NCBI GenBank assembly: GCA_031285625.1
Contig: JAITVV010000093.1
Location: forward strand, 64,001 to 128,000
Reading direction: 5' to 3'
DNA length: 64,000 bases
From: Prevotella sp.
Lineage (GTDB): Bacteria > Bacteroidota > Bacteroidia > Bacteroidales > Dysgonomonadaceae
Shown here: in pieces, positions 1-9,673 of the stretch
How the letters are laid out: every line of letters starts with the position of its first letter
How positions within the stretch are numbered: the stretch's first letter is position 1
Notes under the pieces: generated by a model
Told to the model about the DNA's origin: nothing
Database searches by the model: none
Seen by the model: the letters and a program-made list of their open reading frames with translations, nothing else
Translations under genes and position numbers: made by a program

Positions 1-51
1 TTCTATTTACTTTATCAGTTTCCCCAACAACTTAAAAAAACGCTGATAAAA

Positions 52-81
52 TTTGTTTTTAAAAAAAAGTTTATAACTTTG
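52..81 (+). promoter_or_regulatory. Bacteroidetes primary-sigma promoter of the ilv leader
   Basis: TTTG at 52-55 and TAACTTTG (TAnnTTTG) at 74-81, 18-nt spacer, just upstream of the leader ORF. Confidence 0.7.
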
Positions 82-103
82 TGATCACTTTTAAAGCGAA
101 ATA

Positions 104-166
104 ATGACAAATTGCTTTTTACATATCCTAAACCTCGTTATTCTCCTCGTCGGTCAGAGTAAATGA
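104..166 (+). CDS. ilv operon leader peptide, MTNCFLHILNLVILLVGQSK (20 aa)
   Basis: ATG at 104, TGA at 164-166; run of Ile/Leu/Val codons (ILNLVILLV); not in the ORF track. Confidence 0.85.
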   Translation: MTNCFLHILNLVILLVGQSK

Positions 167-210
167 GAAAGGTATGTATATTAGTTTGATAATATAAGGA
201 ATCAATATAG

Positions 211-242
211 CCTTTCTCATTCGTGGGAAAGGTTTTTTTTTT
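211..242 (+). terminator. Attenuator terminator upstream of ilvD
   Basis: CCTTTCTCA-TTCG-TGGGAAAGG hairpin followed by 10 T; its 5' arm can alternatively pair with AATGAGAAAGG (162-172). Confidence 0.85.
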
Positions 243-257
243 AATAGTTATATCGTT

Positions 258-2087
258 ATGGGATTTGAATTAAGAAGTTCGACCAGTACACAAGGTAGGC
301 GTATGGCCGGAGCCAGAGCTCTTTGGAGAGCTAATGGAATGAAAGAAGAACAAATGGGCAAACCTCTTATTGCCATCGTGAACTCATTTACTCAGTTTGT
401 TCCCGGGCATGTCCATTTGCATGAGATTGGCCAGAAAGTAAAGGCTGAGATCGAAGCGCTTGGTTGTTTTGCAGCCGAATTTAATACCATAGCCATTGAC
501 GATGGTATTGCCATGGGGCACGACGGAATGCTGTATTCGCTCCCTTCTCGCGATCTGATTGCCGATAGTGTAGAATATATGGTAAATGCCCACAAAGCCG
601 ATGCTATGATCTGTATCAGTAATTGCGATAAAATCACTCCAGGCATGCTAATGGCAGCTATGAGGCTGAATATACCTACTATATTTGTTTCAGGTGGGCC
701 AATGGAAGCGGGTGAACTTGGCGACCAGCACCTAGACCTGATAGATGCAATGACTAAGGCTGCTGATGATACGGTTTCGGATAAAGAAGTAAATGCTATT
801 GAACGTGCGGCTTGCCCTACTTGCGGCTCTTGTTCCGGTATGTTTACAGCCAATTCGATGAACTGCCTGAATGAAGCAATAGGTCTGGCATTGTCGGGTA
901 ATGGTACTATTGTAGCTACTCACGCCAACCGTCTTAAACTGTTTCAGGATGCTGCAAAACAGATCGTTGAAAATGCTTACCGTTACTACCGGGATGGAGA
1001 CAAATCTGTGTTACCTCGCAATATTGCTTCCAAAACAGCTTTTCTGAATGCTATGACATTAGATATTGCAATGGGGGGATCTACAAATACAATTCTTCAC
1101 CTCTTAGCTATTGCACAGGAAGGTGAAGTTGATTTTACTATGCAGGATATAGATAAACTTTCCCGCAAAACTCCTTGTCTTTGCAAGGTAGCACCAAATA
1201 CTCAGAAATATCATATTCAGGATGTAAACCGCGCCGGAGGTATTCTGGGCTTAATGAACGAACTGGACAAAGGAAACTTAATCGATACTAGTGTGTCGAG
1301 GGTTGACGGAATGACGCTTTCACAAGCAATTGATAAGTATGATATTACAAAAAGCAATCCGCAGAAAGAAGCAGAAACCCTCTATAAATCGGCTCCCGGA
1401 AATAGATTTAATCTTGTGATGGGATCACAGAATAATTATTATCCGGCTTTGGATATAGACCGGACAGGTGGCTGTATACGTGATATGGAGCATGCATATA
1501 CCAAAGATGGTGGTTTGGCTATCTTGAAAGGCAATATAGCCCTTAATGGTTGTGTTGTGAAAACTGCCGGAGTAGACGAAAGTATTTTCAAATTTTCAGG
1601 AAAAGCTAAAGTATTCCATTCTCAGGAGGATGCGTGCGAGGGTATCTTGAAAGACAAAGTAGTTGCAGGAGATGTAGTGGTAATTATCTATGAAGGTCCT
1701 AAAGGAGGTCCCGGTATGCAGGAAATGCTTTATCCCACTTCTTACATAAAATCAAAACATCTGGGTAAAGAATGTGCTTTGATCACAGATGGACGCTTTT
1801 CAGGTGGGACATCAGGCCTGTCAATAGGCCATGTATCGCCGGAAGCAGCATCAGGTGGAGCTATAGGGCTAATCAAGGATGGTGATATTATTGAAATAGA
1901 TATTCCGAATCGCTCCATCAATGTAAAAATATCCGATACAGAATTAGAAGCCCGTCGTCAGCAAGAATTAGCTAAAGGTAAAGATGCTTTTAAACCTAAC
2001 CGTAACCGTACAGTATCCAAGGCATTACGTGCTTATGCCAGTATGGTTAGTTCAGCCGACTTGGGAGGAATCAGAATTATAGAATAA
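258..2087 (+). CDS. ilvD: Dihydroxy-acid dehydratase
   Basis: [31 protein letters not shown] and TDGRFSG motifs. Confidence 0.97.
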   Translation: MGFELRSSTSTQGRRMAGARALWRANGMKEEQMGKPLIAIVNSFTQFVPGHVHLHEIGQKVKAEIEALGCFAAEFNTIAIDDGIAMGHDGMLYSLPSRDLIADSVEYMVNAHKADAMICISNCDKITPGMLMAAMRLNIPTIFVSGGPMEAGELGDQHLDLIDAMTKAADDTVSDKEVNAIERAACPTCGSCSGMFTANSMNCLNEAIGLALSGNGTIVATHANRLKLFQDAAKQIVENAYRYYRDGDKSVLPRNIASKTAFLNAMTLDIAMGGSTNTILHLLAIAQEGEVDFTMQDIDKLSRKTPCLCKVAPNTQKYHIQDVNRAGGILGLMNELDKGNLIDTSVSRVDGMTLSQAIDKYDITKSNPQKEAETLYKSAPGNRFNLVMGSQNNYYPALDIDRTGGCIRDMEHAYTKDGGLAILKGNIALNGCVVKTAGVDESIFKFSGKAKVFHSQEDACEGILKDKVVAGDVVVIIYEGPKGGPGMQEMLYPTSYIKSKHLGKECALITDGRFSGGTSGLSIGHVSPEAASGGAIGLIKDGDIIEIDIPNRSINVKISDTELEARRQQELAKGKDAFKPNRNRTVSKALRAYASMVSSADLGGIRIIE

Positions 2088-2098
2088 ACAGACAAACT

Positions 2099-2638
2099 AT
2101 GCAAGAAAACGAACAAAGTCAAAACTTATCAATAGAAAATATTGATGAAATTGTAGATGAAAGTTTATATTACAGGACTTTCTTTAATAAGGATCCCGAT
2201 TATTATATTGAGCGCTATGAAAAAATTACAGCAGGGCAAAATGTTGTTTTTAATGGTTATGCTTTTTTCTTTGGTTTCCTATGGCTTGCATATCGCAAAA
2301 TGTATGTAGAAATCTTAGCATTGATTGCTATAATGGCTACTATTGACTGTATCTTCATCTTTGCACTTGAGATAGACAATTCGGGTTTGGATAGGGTGAT
2401 CAATATTATTTGGGCAGTTACTATAGGCTGTTTTGCAAACTTGTTCTATATAATGAAAGCAAAACGTACAATACAAAAGGCAAAAGAAGCATATAATAAT
2501 ACAGGAGATCAATTAGATTATATAGAAAAAACTGGAGGTGTTTCTGTTATAGCACCTATTGTGACAGGAATCTTTTTCATTGGATTAATGGTCGGCGGAC
2601 TATTGCTAAGTGAATATGCCGAAAGTTTTTATTACTAA
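2099..2638 (+). CDS. DUF2628-like membrane protein
   Basis: FNGYAFFFGFLWLAYRKMY signature, several hydrophobic segments. Confidence 0.7.
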   Translation: MQENEQSQNLSIENIDEIVDESLYYRTFFNKDPDYYIERYEKITAGQNVVFNGYAFFFGFLWLAYRKMYVEILALIAIMATIDCIFIFALEIDNSGLDRVINIIWAVTIGCFANLFYIMKAKRTIQKAKEAYNNTGDQLDYIEKTGGVSVIAPIVTGIFFIGLMVGGLLLSEYAESFYY

Positions 2639-2667
2639 AAATATTTAAGCCACAATATTATATAAAT

Positions 2668-4365
2668 ATGGAAAATAAAACAACAGGACGCGAGGCTCTA
2701 ATCAAGGCATTACTTGATGAAGGTGTTGAAACGATTTTCGGGTACCCGGGTGGTCAGATAATACCTGTATTCGATGCGTTATATGATTATAAAGATAAAA
2801 TCAACCATATTCTCGTCAGGCACGAACAAGGTGCTACACATGCGGCACAAGGATATGCACGCACATCGGGTAAAGTTGGGGTGGCACTTGTGACTTCCGG
2901 TCCTGGGGCTACCAATACGATAACAGGTATAGCTGATGCTATGCTGGATAGTACACCTATTGTTGTAATATCGGGGCAGGTACCTACATCCTTGTTGGGT
3001 AGCGATGCTTTTCAGGAAGCCGATGTTGTGGGCATTACCCAACCTATATCAAAATGGTCTTATCAGATACGTAAGGCCGAGGATATTCCATGGGCCATTG
3101 CAAGGGCTTTCTATATCGCTTCCACAGGCCGCCCCGGTCCAGTAGTTATAGATATTACGAAAGATGCACAAAATGGTTTTTTGGATTATCAGTATAAAAA
3201 AGAAACTTACATTCGTAGCTATCAACCTAAACCTGATGTAAAACCTAATGAGATAGAAACTGCTGCAGAGATAATAAATAATGCAAAGAAACCGTTGGCT
3301 CTGGTAGGACAGGGAGTTATTCTGGGTAGTGCCGAGAAAGAACTATTAGCCTTCCTGGAAAAGGCCGGTATTCCTGCTGCATCTACTGTTCTGGGCCTAT
3401 CGGCAATACCAACCGATCATCCATTACAGATAGGGATGCTGGGTATGCATGGAAATATTGGTCCGAACCTAAAGACAAATGAATGTGATGTACTTATAGG
3501 TATAGGCATGCGTTTCGATGATCGTGTTACCGGAGATCTGAATACTTATGCCAAACAAGCCAAAATAATTCATTTTGACATAGATAAAGCTGAGATAAAT
3601 AAGAATGTACCTGTTACAGCACGCGTACTTGGTGATGTGAAAGAAACTCTGCCAAAAGTAACAGAGTTACTTAAACCTGCTAACCGTCCGGAATGGCTTG
3701 ATGAATTTAAGGCTTGCTACAAGAGGGAGTATGATGCTGTCATTGAAAGTGAGCTATACTCAACATCGGGGCAATTAAAGATGGGTGAGGTCATCAATAA
3801 AGTATCTGAAGCTACTCGGAATAAGGCTGTATTAGTTACAGATGTAGGCCAGCACCAAATGATGGCTGTACGATACTTCAAATATAGTCAGAGCCGTAGT
3901 GTAGTCACCTCCGGAGGATTAGGCACTATGGGATATGGGCTTCCAGCTGCGATTGGCGCTAAATATGGAACGCCTGACCGTACAGTATGTTTGTTTGTAG
4001 GCGATGGTGGCATTCAAATGACAATACAGGAATTAGGTACAATTATGCAATATGATGTAGATGTTAAAATAATCCTGTTGAATAATCATTTTCTGGGAAT
4101 GGTGCGCCAATGGCAAGAACTGTTCTTTAATGAACGCTACTCCGAAACAATAATGAAAAACCCTGATTTTGTAAAAATTGGAGAGGCATATAATATCCCG
4201 TCACGAAAAGTTGAAACCCGGGAAGAACTGGATCAGGCAATTGCGGATATGATTAATCATAAAGGAGCTTTCCTGTTGGATGTACAGGTTGAGACAAAAG
4301 GGATGGTATACCCTATGGTTCCGGCAGGTGCATCTGTGACGAATATATTATTGGGGGATGAGTAA
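2668..4365 (+). CDS. ilvB: Acetolactate synthase large subunit
   Basis: FGYPGG, RHEQGA, TSGPGATN, RFDDRV and GDG..NN thiamine-diphosphate motif. Confidence 0.97.
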   Translation: MENKTTGREALIKALLDEGVETIFGYPGGQIIPVFDALYDYKDKINHILVRHEQGATHAAQGYARTSGKVGVALVTSGPGATNTITGIADAMLDSTPIVVISGQVPTSLLGSDAFQEADVVGITQPISKWSYQIRKAEDIPWAIARAFYIASTGRPGPVVIDITKDAQNGFLDYQYKKETYIRSYQPKPDVKPNEIETAAEIINNAKKPLALVGQGVILGSAEKELLAFLEKAGIPAASTVLGLSAIPTDHPLQIGMLGMHGNIGPNLKTNECDVLIGIGMRFDDRVTGDLNTYAKQAKIIHFDIDKAEINKNVPVTARVLGDVKETLPKVTELLKPANRPEWLDEFKACYKREYDAVIESELYSTSGQLKMGEVINKVSEATRNKAVLVTDVGQHQMMAVRYFKYSQSRSVVTSGGLGTMGYGLPAAIGAKYGTPDRTVCLFVGDGGIQMTIQELGTIMQYDVDVKIILLNNHFLGMVRQWQELFFNERYSETIMKNPDFVKIGEAYNIPSRKVETREELDQAIADMINHKGAFLLDVQVETKGMVYPMVPAGASVTNILLGDE

Positions 4366-4978
4366 ATTGAAATGGTATTGCCTAAGTATAATATTAGTAT
4401 CTTTGTTTTCATCATGTAAACAAAGAGATAATAAAAATTATGCTACCATTTCAGATACTATAAATCAGTTTACAGATACATTGAAGGAAATGCATGTATA
4501 TAAAGTTGCTTCACCGCTTGAAGCAGACGATTTTCCTCAATTTGTATTTAAAAGCGATTATACAGATAAGGGATATAATAGTGACAGCTTAACTAAAATC
4601 GTAATATACAACAAAGGCGTTGTGGTACAGATGTTAGATAATCTACATGCTTTCCCTGGTCAAAATAAAATTTATCTGGAGGATATTAATTTTGACGGAT
4701 ATCCGGACCTTGCTCTTGATACACAATGGTTAGCCCGTGGTGGGATATATAAATATTGGCTTTATAATGCAGACAAAGAAAAGTTTGAGCACACCAATAT
4801 TTTGGATAGCATTTATTATTCATGTGATGATAAGGAAATAGATTATAAAAACAAGACTGTTACCATAACACAACCTAATGGCTATAATTCATATTTAACA
4901 GAAATATATCGCTGGGAAGATAATAAATATTCTTTAGTAGAATCTGGTACATTTGAGATTGATGAAGATGGTGAATAA
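4358..4978 (+). CDS. Hypothetical lipoprotein with a DxNxDG Ca-binding-like motif (XAC2610-like)
   Basis: Lipobox FSS-C; EDINFDGYPDL; start overlaps the ilvB stop. Confidence 0.65.
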   Translation: MSKLKWYCLSIILVSLFSSCKQRDNKNYATISDTINQFTDTLKEMHVYKVASPLEADDFPQFVFKSDYTDKGYNSDSLTKIVIYNKGVVVQMLDNLHAFPGQNKIYLEDINFDGYPDLALDTQWLARGGIYKYWLYNADKEKFEHTNILDSIYYSCDDKEIDYKNKTVTITQPNGYNSYLTEIYRWEDNKYSLVESGTFEIDEDGE

Positions 4979-4995
4979 CATTAATAAAAAAAATT

Positions 4996-5550
4996 ATGCA
5001 AGATAAAACATTATATACCATAACTATATTTTCTGAAAATACAGTTGGTCTTTTAAGCCAGGTAACGAGTGTATTTGTTCGTCGCCAATTAAACATCGAA
5101 ACTCTTTCTGTTTCTGCTTCGGCGCTGGAAGGAATACATAAATTTACAATCACTGTATTTTGTGACGAAGAGGTTATCAAGAAAGTTGTACTACAGATAG
5201 ATAAACGTGTAGATGTGCTTAAAGCATATTATAATACAAATGAAGAACTTATCCATCAGGAAATTGCTCTTTATAAATTATCTACATCAGATTTCTTAAA
5301 GATAGAATCAGTAGAAGAACTTATAAGAAAGCATAATGCGCGTATACTGGATATCAATGAAAATAGTGTGGTACTTCAAAAAACAGGACATTATCAGGAA
5401 ACGCAAGACTTGTTTGAAGAACTAAGTAAGACAATCGGAGTCCTGCAATTTATACGCTCAGGACGAATTGCAATTACAAAATCTAAAATTGAAAGGTTGA
5501 GTGATATGCTTACTAAGTTGGACGAAAAGCATAAAGGCAGTACAAAGTAA
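4996..5550 (+). CDS. ilvN: Acetolactate synthase small (regulatory) subunit
   Basis: ACT domain ENTVGLLSQVTSVFVRRQLNIETL; C-terminal RSGRIA. Confidence 0.93.
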   Translation: MQDKTLYTITIFSENTVGLLSQVTSVFVRRQLNIETLSVSASALEGIHKFTITVFCDEEVIKKVVLQIDKRVDVLKAYYNTNEELIHQEIALYKLSTSDFLKIESVEELIRKHNARILDINENSVVLQKTGHYQETQDLFEELSKTIGVLQFIRSGRIAITKSKIERLSDMLTKLDEKHKGSTK

Positions 5551-5617
5551 TAAACAGAATGTAATGTAATAATATTTCAATATAATTATCTGTATACAAA
5601 TAGTTTAAAATAATACT

Positions 5618-5677
5618 CGGGTAAGAAAAAGTTACAATCAAAAAGATGTATAAAAACTGTTACTTTTGTCACCTTTT
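5618..5677. repeat. Intergenic imperfect inverted-repeat element, copy 1
   Basis: GGGTAAGAAAAAGTTACA ... AACTGTTACTTTTGTCACCTTTT; the right arm is 20/23 identical to 29831-29853; contains TACTTTTG (-7 consensus) at 5661-5668. Confidence 0.6.
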
Positions 5678-5724
5678 GAGTGTATTTATCTGGAAATTAA
5701 TTAATTAAAAAAGTAACATTTTAG

Positions 5725-6462
5725 ATGGTTGCACCTATAGGAAGATACGAATTTACGATCGATGCATACTTAACTGATTTCAGAGGTAAAGCGACATTGC
5801 CGATGATTGGTGGATTTATGCTGCAAGCCGCAACTAAACATGCTGATGAGCGCGGGTTTGGATATTCATCAATGACTTCACAACAACGTGTCTGGGTCTT
5901 GTCCCGTATGGCTATTGAAGTATTCGAATATCCTAAAAATGATACTGTAATGACCATCAATACTTGGATTGTCAGCGTAAACCGCTTATTCACCGAGCGT
6001 CATTTCTCATTTGAGGATAGTGATGGTAACATAATCGGATTTGCCAGATCCTTATGGGCATCCATAGATTTGGAAACCCGTAGACCAACTAATTTGCTGG
6101 AACTATATGGACTATCAGATTATATTCATGCAAATCAAGAATGCCTGATAGAAGGAATGACTAAAATTCCGGCATTGAAGGATAATTATGAACTGGCTTC
6201 TGAGTTTGTTGTAAAATATAGTGATGTAGACATAAACAAGCACCTGAACAGTATGAAATATATTGAACATTTTGTAGATGTATTTGATATCGAAATGTTC
6301 AGAGATAAAGAAATCAAGCGTATCGAGGTTAATTATATTGCAGAAGGGCAATATGGAGCAAAACTCGATATATTGAAAAGGGAAGAAGAAAACTCCAGTT
6401 TTATATTGGAGATGAAAGACGGAGAAACAAATGTTTGTTCTACCCGTATCACATGGAAATAA
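5725..6462 (+). CDS. Acyl-ACP thioesterase (FatA/FatB-like double hot-dog)
   Basis: WVLSRMAIE and SDVDINKHLNSMKY (D-x-N-x-H-x-N) motifs. Confidence 0.88.
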   Translation: MVAPIGRYEFTIDAYLTDFRGKATLPMIGGFMLQAATKHADERGFGYSSMTSQQRVWVLSRMAIEVFEYPKNDTVMTINTWIVSVNRLFTERHFSFEDSDGNIIGFARSLWASIDLETRRPTNLLELYGLSDYIHANQECLIEGMTKIPALKDNYELASEFVVKYSDVDINKHLNSMKYIEHFVDVFDIEMFRDKEIKRIEVNYIAEGQYGAKLDILKREEENSSFILEMKDGETNVCSTRITWK

Positions 6463-6509
6463 CAATCACAATATTTTGATTTTTAATTTAATAAAAACAT
6501 TTACTAAAA

Positions 6510-7556
6510 ATGGCAGAAATGAACTTTGGCGGTGTAACAGAGAAAGTAGTTACCCGTGAAGAATTTCCTTTGGAAAAAGCAAGAGAAGTACTAAAAAATG
6601 AAACAATAGCCGTAATCGGTTATGGTGTACAAGGTCCCGGACAGGCATTAAACCTTAGAGATAACGGTTTTAATGTAATCATCGGACAACGCAAAGGTGG
6701 TAAAACCTGGGAAAAAGCTATCGCAGATGGTTGGGTACCTGGTGAAACACTTTTCGACATAGAAGAAGCTGCAGCCAAAGGTACAATCATACAGTATTTA
6801 TTGTCTGATGCTGCTCAGATAGAAGTATGGCCACGTCTTAAACCTCATTTAACTGCAGGAAAAGCTTTGTATTTCTCTCATGGATTTGGTATTACATACA
6901 AAGAACGTACAGGAATCATACCTCCGGCAGATATTGATGTTATCCTTGTGGCTCCTAAAGGATCAGGAACAAGCCTTCGCCGTATGTTCCTTGAAGGTCG
7001 CGGATTAAATTCCAGTTATGCTATATTCCAGGATGCTACAGGCCGTGCATTCGAACGTACAGTATCTTTAGGTATCGGCGTTGGATCAGGATATTTGTTC
7101 GAAACAGATTTCAAACGTGAGGTATATTCCGACCTTACAGGTGAGCGTGGTACATTGATGGGTGCTATCCAAGGTATTTTGCTTGCTCAATATGAAGTAT
7201 TACGCGAAAATGGTCACTCTCCATCAGAAGCCTTCAATGAGACAGTAGAAGAATTAACTCAATCATTGATGCCTTTGTTTGCTGAAAAAGGTATGGACTG
7301 GATGTATGCCAACTGTTCTACTACAGCACAGCGTGGTGCTTTAGACTGGATGACTCCTTTCCACGATGCTACAAAACCGGTTTTTGCTAAACTTTATTCT
7401 GAAGTAGCTAATGGTAATGAAGCACAACGTTCTATCGATACTAATTCAAAACCTGATTATCGCGAAAAACTGGAAGAAGAACTGAAAGCTCTTCGCGAAA
7501 GTGAAATGTGGCGTACAGGTGCAGTTGTAAGAAAACTCAGACCGGAAAACAATTAA
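6510..7556 (+). CDS. ilvC: Ketol-acid reductoisomerase
   Basis: IGYGVQG, FSHGF, VAPKGSG, EVYSDLTGER, CSTTA motifs. Confidence 0.97.
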   Translation: MAEMNFGGVTEKVVTREEFPLEKAREVLKNETIAVIGYGVQGPGQALNLRDNGFNVIIGQRKGGKTWEKAIADGWVPGETLFDIEEAAAKGTIIQYLLSDAAQIEVWPRLKPHLTAGKALYFSHGFGITYKERTGIIPPADIDVILVAPKGSGTSLRRMFLEGRGLNSSYAIFQDATGRAFERTVSLGIGVGSGYLFETDFKREVYSDLTGERGTLMGAIQGILLAQYEVLRENGHSPSEAFNETVEELTQSLMPLFAEKGMDWMYANCSTTAQRGALDWMTPFHDATKPVFAKLYSEVANGNEAQRSIDTNSKPDYREKLEEELKALRESEMWRTGAVVRKLRPENN

Positions 7557-7577
7557 TATTTAATTGTACATAAATAA

Positions 7578-7607
7578 AATGAGGCTATTCATTTGAATAG
7601 CCTCATT
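7578..7607. terminator. Probable bidirectional terminator between convergent ilvC and nitroreductase
   Basis: AATGAGGCTATTC-ATTT-GAATAGCCTCATT perfect 13-bp stem. Confidence 0.75.
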
Positions 7608-7627
7608 CATGTAATAAGATTCTATAT

Positions 7628-8230
7628 TTATTTAATATATCCTACAGGCTGTACTATTGTAATCTCCTGTTTGTCTGTCAGTTTCAACGCTTCATGTAAT
7701 CCCGGTCTTGTAAATGAGGCGCGAACTACAGATCCCAATCCAGCAGAAGCACAATATAAATATACATTCTGGGCAATGAATCCACTATCTATGAATCCGG
7801 CTTCACGGTTAGAAGCTTTATCCAGATTGGCTACATAAACTAGTGATAATGAAGCATTATCAGAAATATTTGCTTGTCCAAGAGCTTTTCTGAAATCACC
7901 TTTCTCTACCAGTTTAAGTACATTTGCTTTAGCATCATACAGATAAACACCATTGCTAAACATTACATATAGATCGATCTCTTGTTTGTTTTGAGATGAT
8001 GGCACAGTACGTTTATCATCCCTGTTGAACCCATAAGCAGCCCATAAAAGGTCTGACAACGTTTGTGCAGGTAAATCCTTCTTCTCAAAAGATCTATGCG
8101 ATTGACGATCACTCAACGCTTCCATTAATGGCTTACCACCAGTCTTGTTGGGTGATACCAATTGTATGTCTTGTGCCGAAACACAACCTATTAAACAAAA
8201 TAAAGCAATAACTAATAATCCTTTTCTCAT
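7628..8230 (-). CDS. Nitroreductase family (SagB/ThcOx-like) flavoprotein with N-terminal signal peptide
   Basis: RQSHRSF, RTVPSS, DSGFIAQNVYL motifs; MRKGLLVIALFCLIGCVSA-Q leader. Confidence 0.85.
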   Translation of the reverse strand: MRKGLLVIALFCLIGCVSAQDIQLVSPNKTGGKPLMEALSDRQSHRSFEKKDLPAQTLSDLLWAAYGFNRDDKRTVPSSQNKQEIDLYVMFSNGVYLYDAKANVLKLVEKGDFRKALGQANISDNASLSLVYVANLDKASNREAGFIDSGFIAQNVYLYCASAGLGSVVRASFTRPGLHEALKLTDKQEITIVQPVGYIK

Positions 8231-8434
8231 AATTGAAACCTGGTTTATGTTTTTAACAAAAGCAAAAATATGGAATAATATTAATTTATAACGTCTTGGA
8301 TAGACACTAAGTTTTTCATACAGGAGCTGTTTTTAAGTAAAATTCACAACTGCCGGAAAATATATAAACTTATAAATAAATTCTATTGCTTATTGTTCTA
8401 TATTTGTAAAGTAAAATCTACTTATAGGTATAAA

Positions 8435-9673
8435 ATGCGAAATTTACTTCTGTTCCTCTTTTTTACTGTATCCTTTTCGCAGGGATTATATTCACAATCC
8501 AAGCCCTCTCAGGAACCTATATTACTTAGTGATACAGCACAGATAAGCCTGCTAACCAGTTCTGCCTGGGAAGAAGCAGTATATGCATTATATGGTCATA
8601 CAGCTATTCGAGTGTGTGATACAACCCGTAATTTAGATATAGTGTTTAACTATGGGCTGTTCGATTTTAACAGCTCTAATTTTGTATTTCGTTTTGTGAA
8701 AGGCGATACAAATTATATGGTAGGTGCTGTTCAATATAAATACTATATAGAAGAGTATAGAGAGCGTGGGGTGGGAGTTACCGAACAAATATTCAATCTG
8801 AGTTTGAAGGAAAAACAAGATATACTGGATGCCTTAATAAATAATACTCTTCCAGAAAACCGGGTTTACCTCTATAATTTCTTTTATGATAATTGTGCTA
8901 CACGTCCACGCGATATAATCGAAAAATATGTACATGGTGAAATTGAATATACACCTACAAATAAGAGCCAGACTTATCGCGACTTGGTTTGGGAATGTGT
9001 AAGTATCCAGCCATGGACTCAATTTGGAATAGATTTGATCATTGGCGCTGATGCAGATAAAATAATTAGTGACAGACAAAAAGACTTTCTGCCATATTAT
9101 CTGATGAAAGCTTATGAAGGCAGCAAGGTGAAAAGTGCTGATGGTACAGTGCGTGACTTTATTTTAAAAGAAAACCGGCTTTTGACACCTGTTGAATCTC
9201 CTGATAAGGATTCGCATATTTTACCATTGTATGCTGGTTGTATTTTATTGGTAGTAACTGTTTTGTTATCACTTGTAGTATGGAAGAAAAAGTGGTTTGC
9301 TTTAGGCAAAGTATTTGACACCATACTATTCATTATAGCAGGATTAGCAGGATGTGTTATTTTCTTCCTGATGTTTTTTTCTATACATCCATGTGTTAAT
9401 CCAAACTGGAATATTATATGGTTAAATCCGCTCCAGTTGATCGTTGCATTTTTATTCTTTGTAAAATCTCTTTCAAAATTCATAAATTGTTATCATTTTA
9501 TTAACTTTGTGGCGCTTTTGGCATTTCTTTTGGCATGGAGTTTGATGCCACAACAATTAGAAATAGCTTTTATTCCTTTCATCTTATCTATATGTATGAG
9601 GTCAGGAATGAATATTTTGCAACTTAAAAAGTTTAAGAAAAAAGCTGATTATAGCTTACCAAAGCGAAAATGA
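8435..9673 (+). CDS. lnb: DUF4105 / Lnb-type lipoprotein N-acyltransferase
   Basis: Signal peptide, YGHTAIRV, FNYGLFDF, YNFFYDNCATRPRD, then a C-terminal multi-TM region; ATG 8435 preferred over the TTG at 8393. Confidence 0.75.
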   Translation: MRNLLLFLFFTVSFSQGLYSQSKPSQEPILLSDTAQISLLTSSAWEEAVYALYGHTAIRVCDTTRNLDIVFNYGLFDFNSSNFVFRFVKGDTNYMVGAVQYKYYIEEYRERGVGVTEQIFNLSLKEKQDILDALINNTLPENRVYLYNFFYDNCATRPRDIIEKYVHGEIEYTPTNKSQTYRDLVWECVSIQPWTQFGIDLIIGADADKIISDRQKDFLPYYLMKAYEGSKVKSADGTVRDFILKENRLLTPVESPDKDSHILPLYAGCILLVVTVLLSLVVWKKKWFALGKVFDTILFIIAGLAGCVIFFLMFFSIHPCVNPNWNIIWLNPLQLIVAFLFFVKSLSKFINCYHFINFVALLAFLLAWSLMPQQLEIAFIPFILSICMRSGMNILQLKKFKKKADYSLPKRK

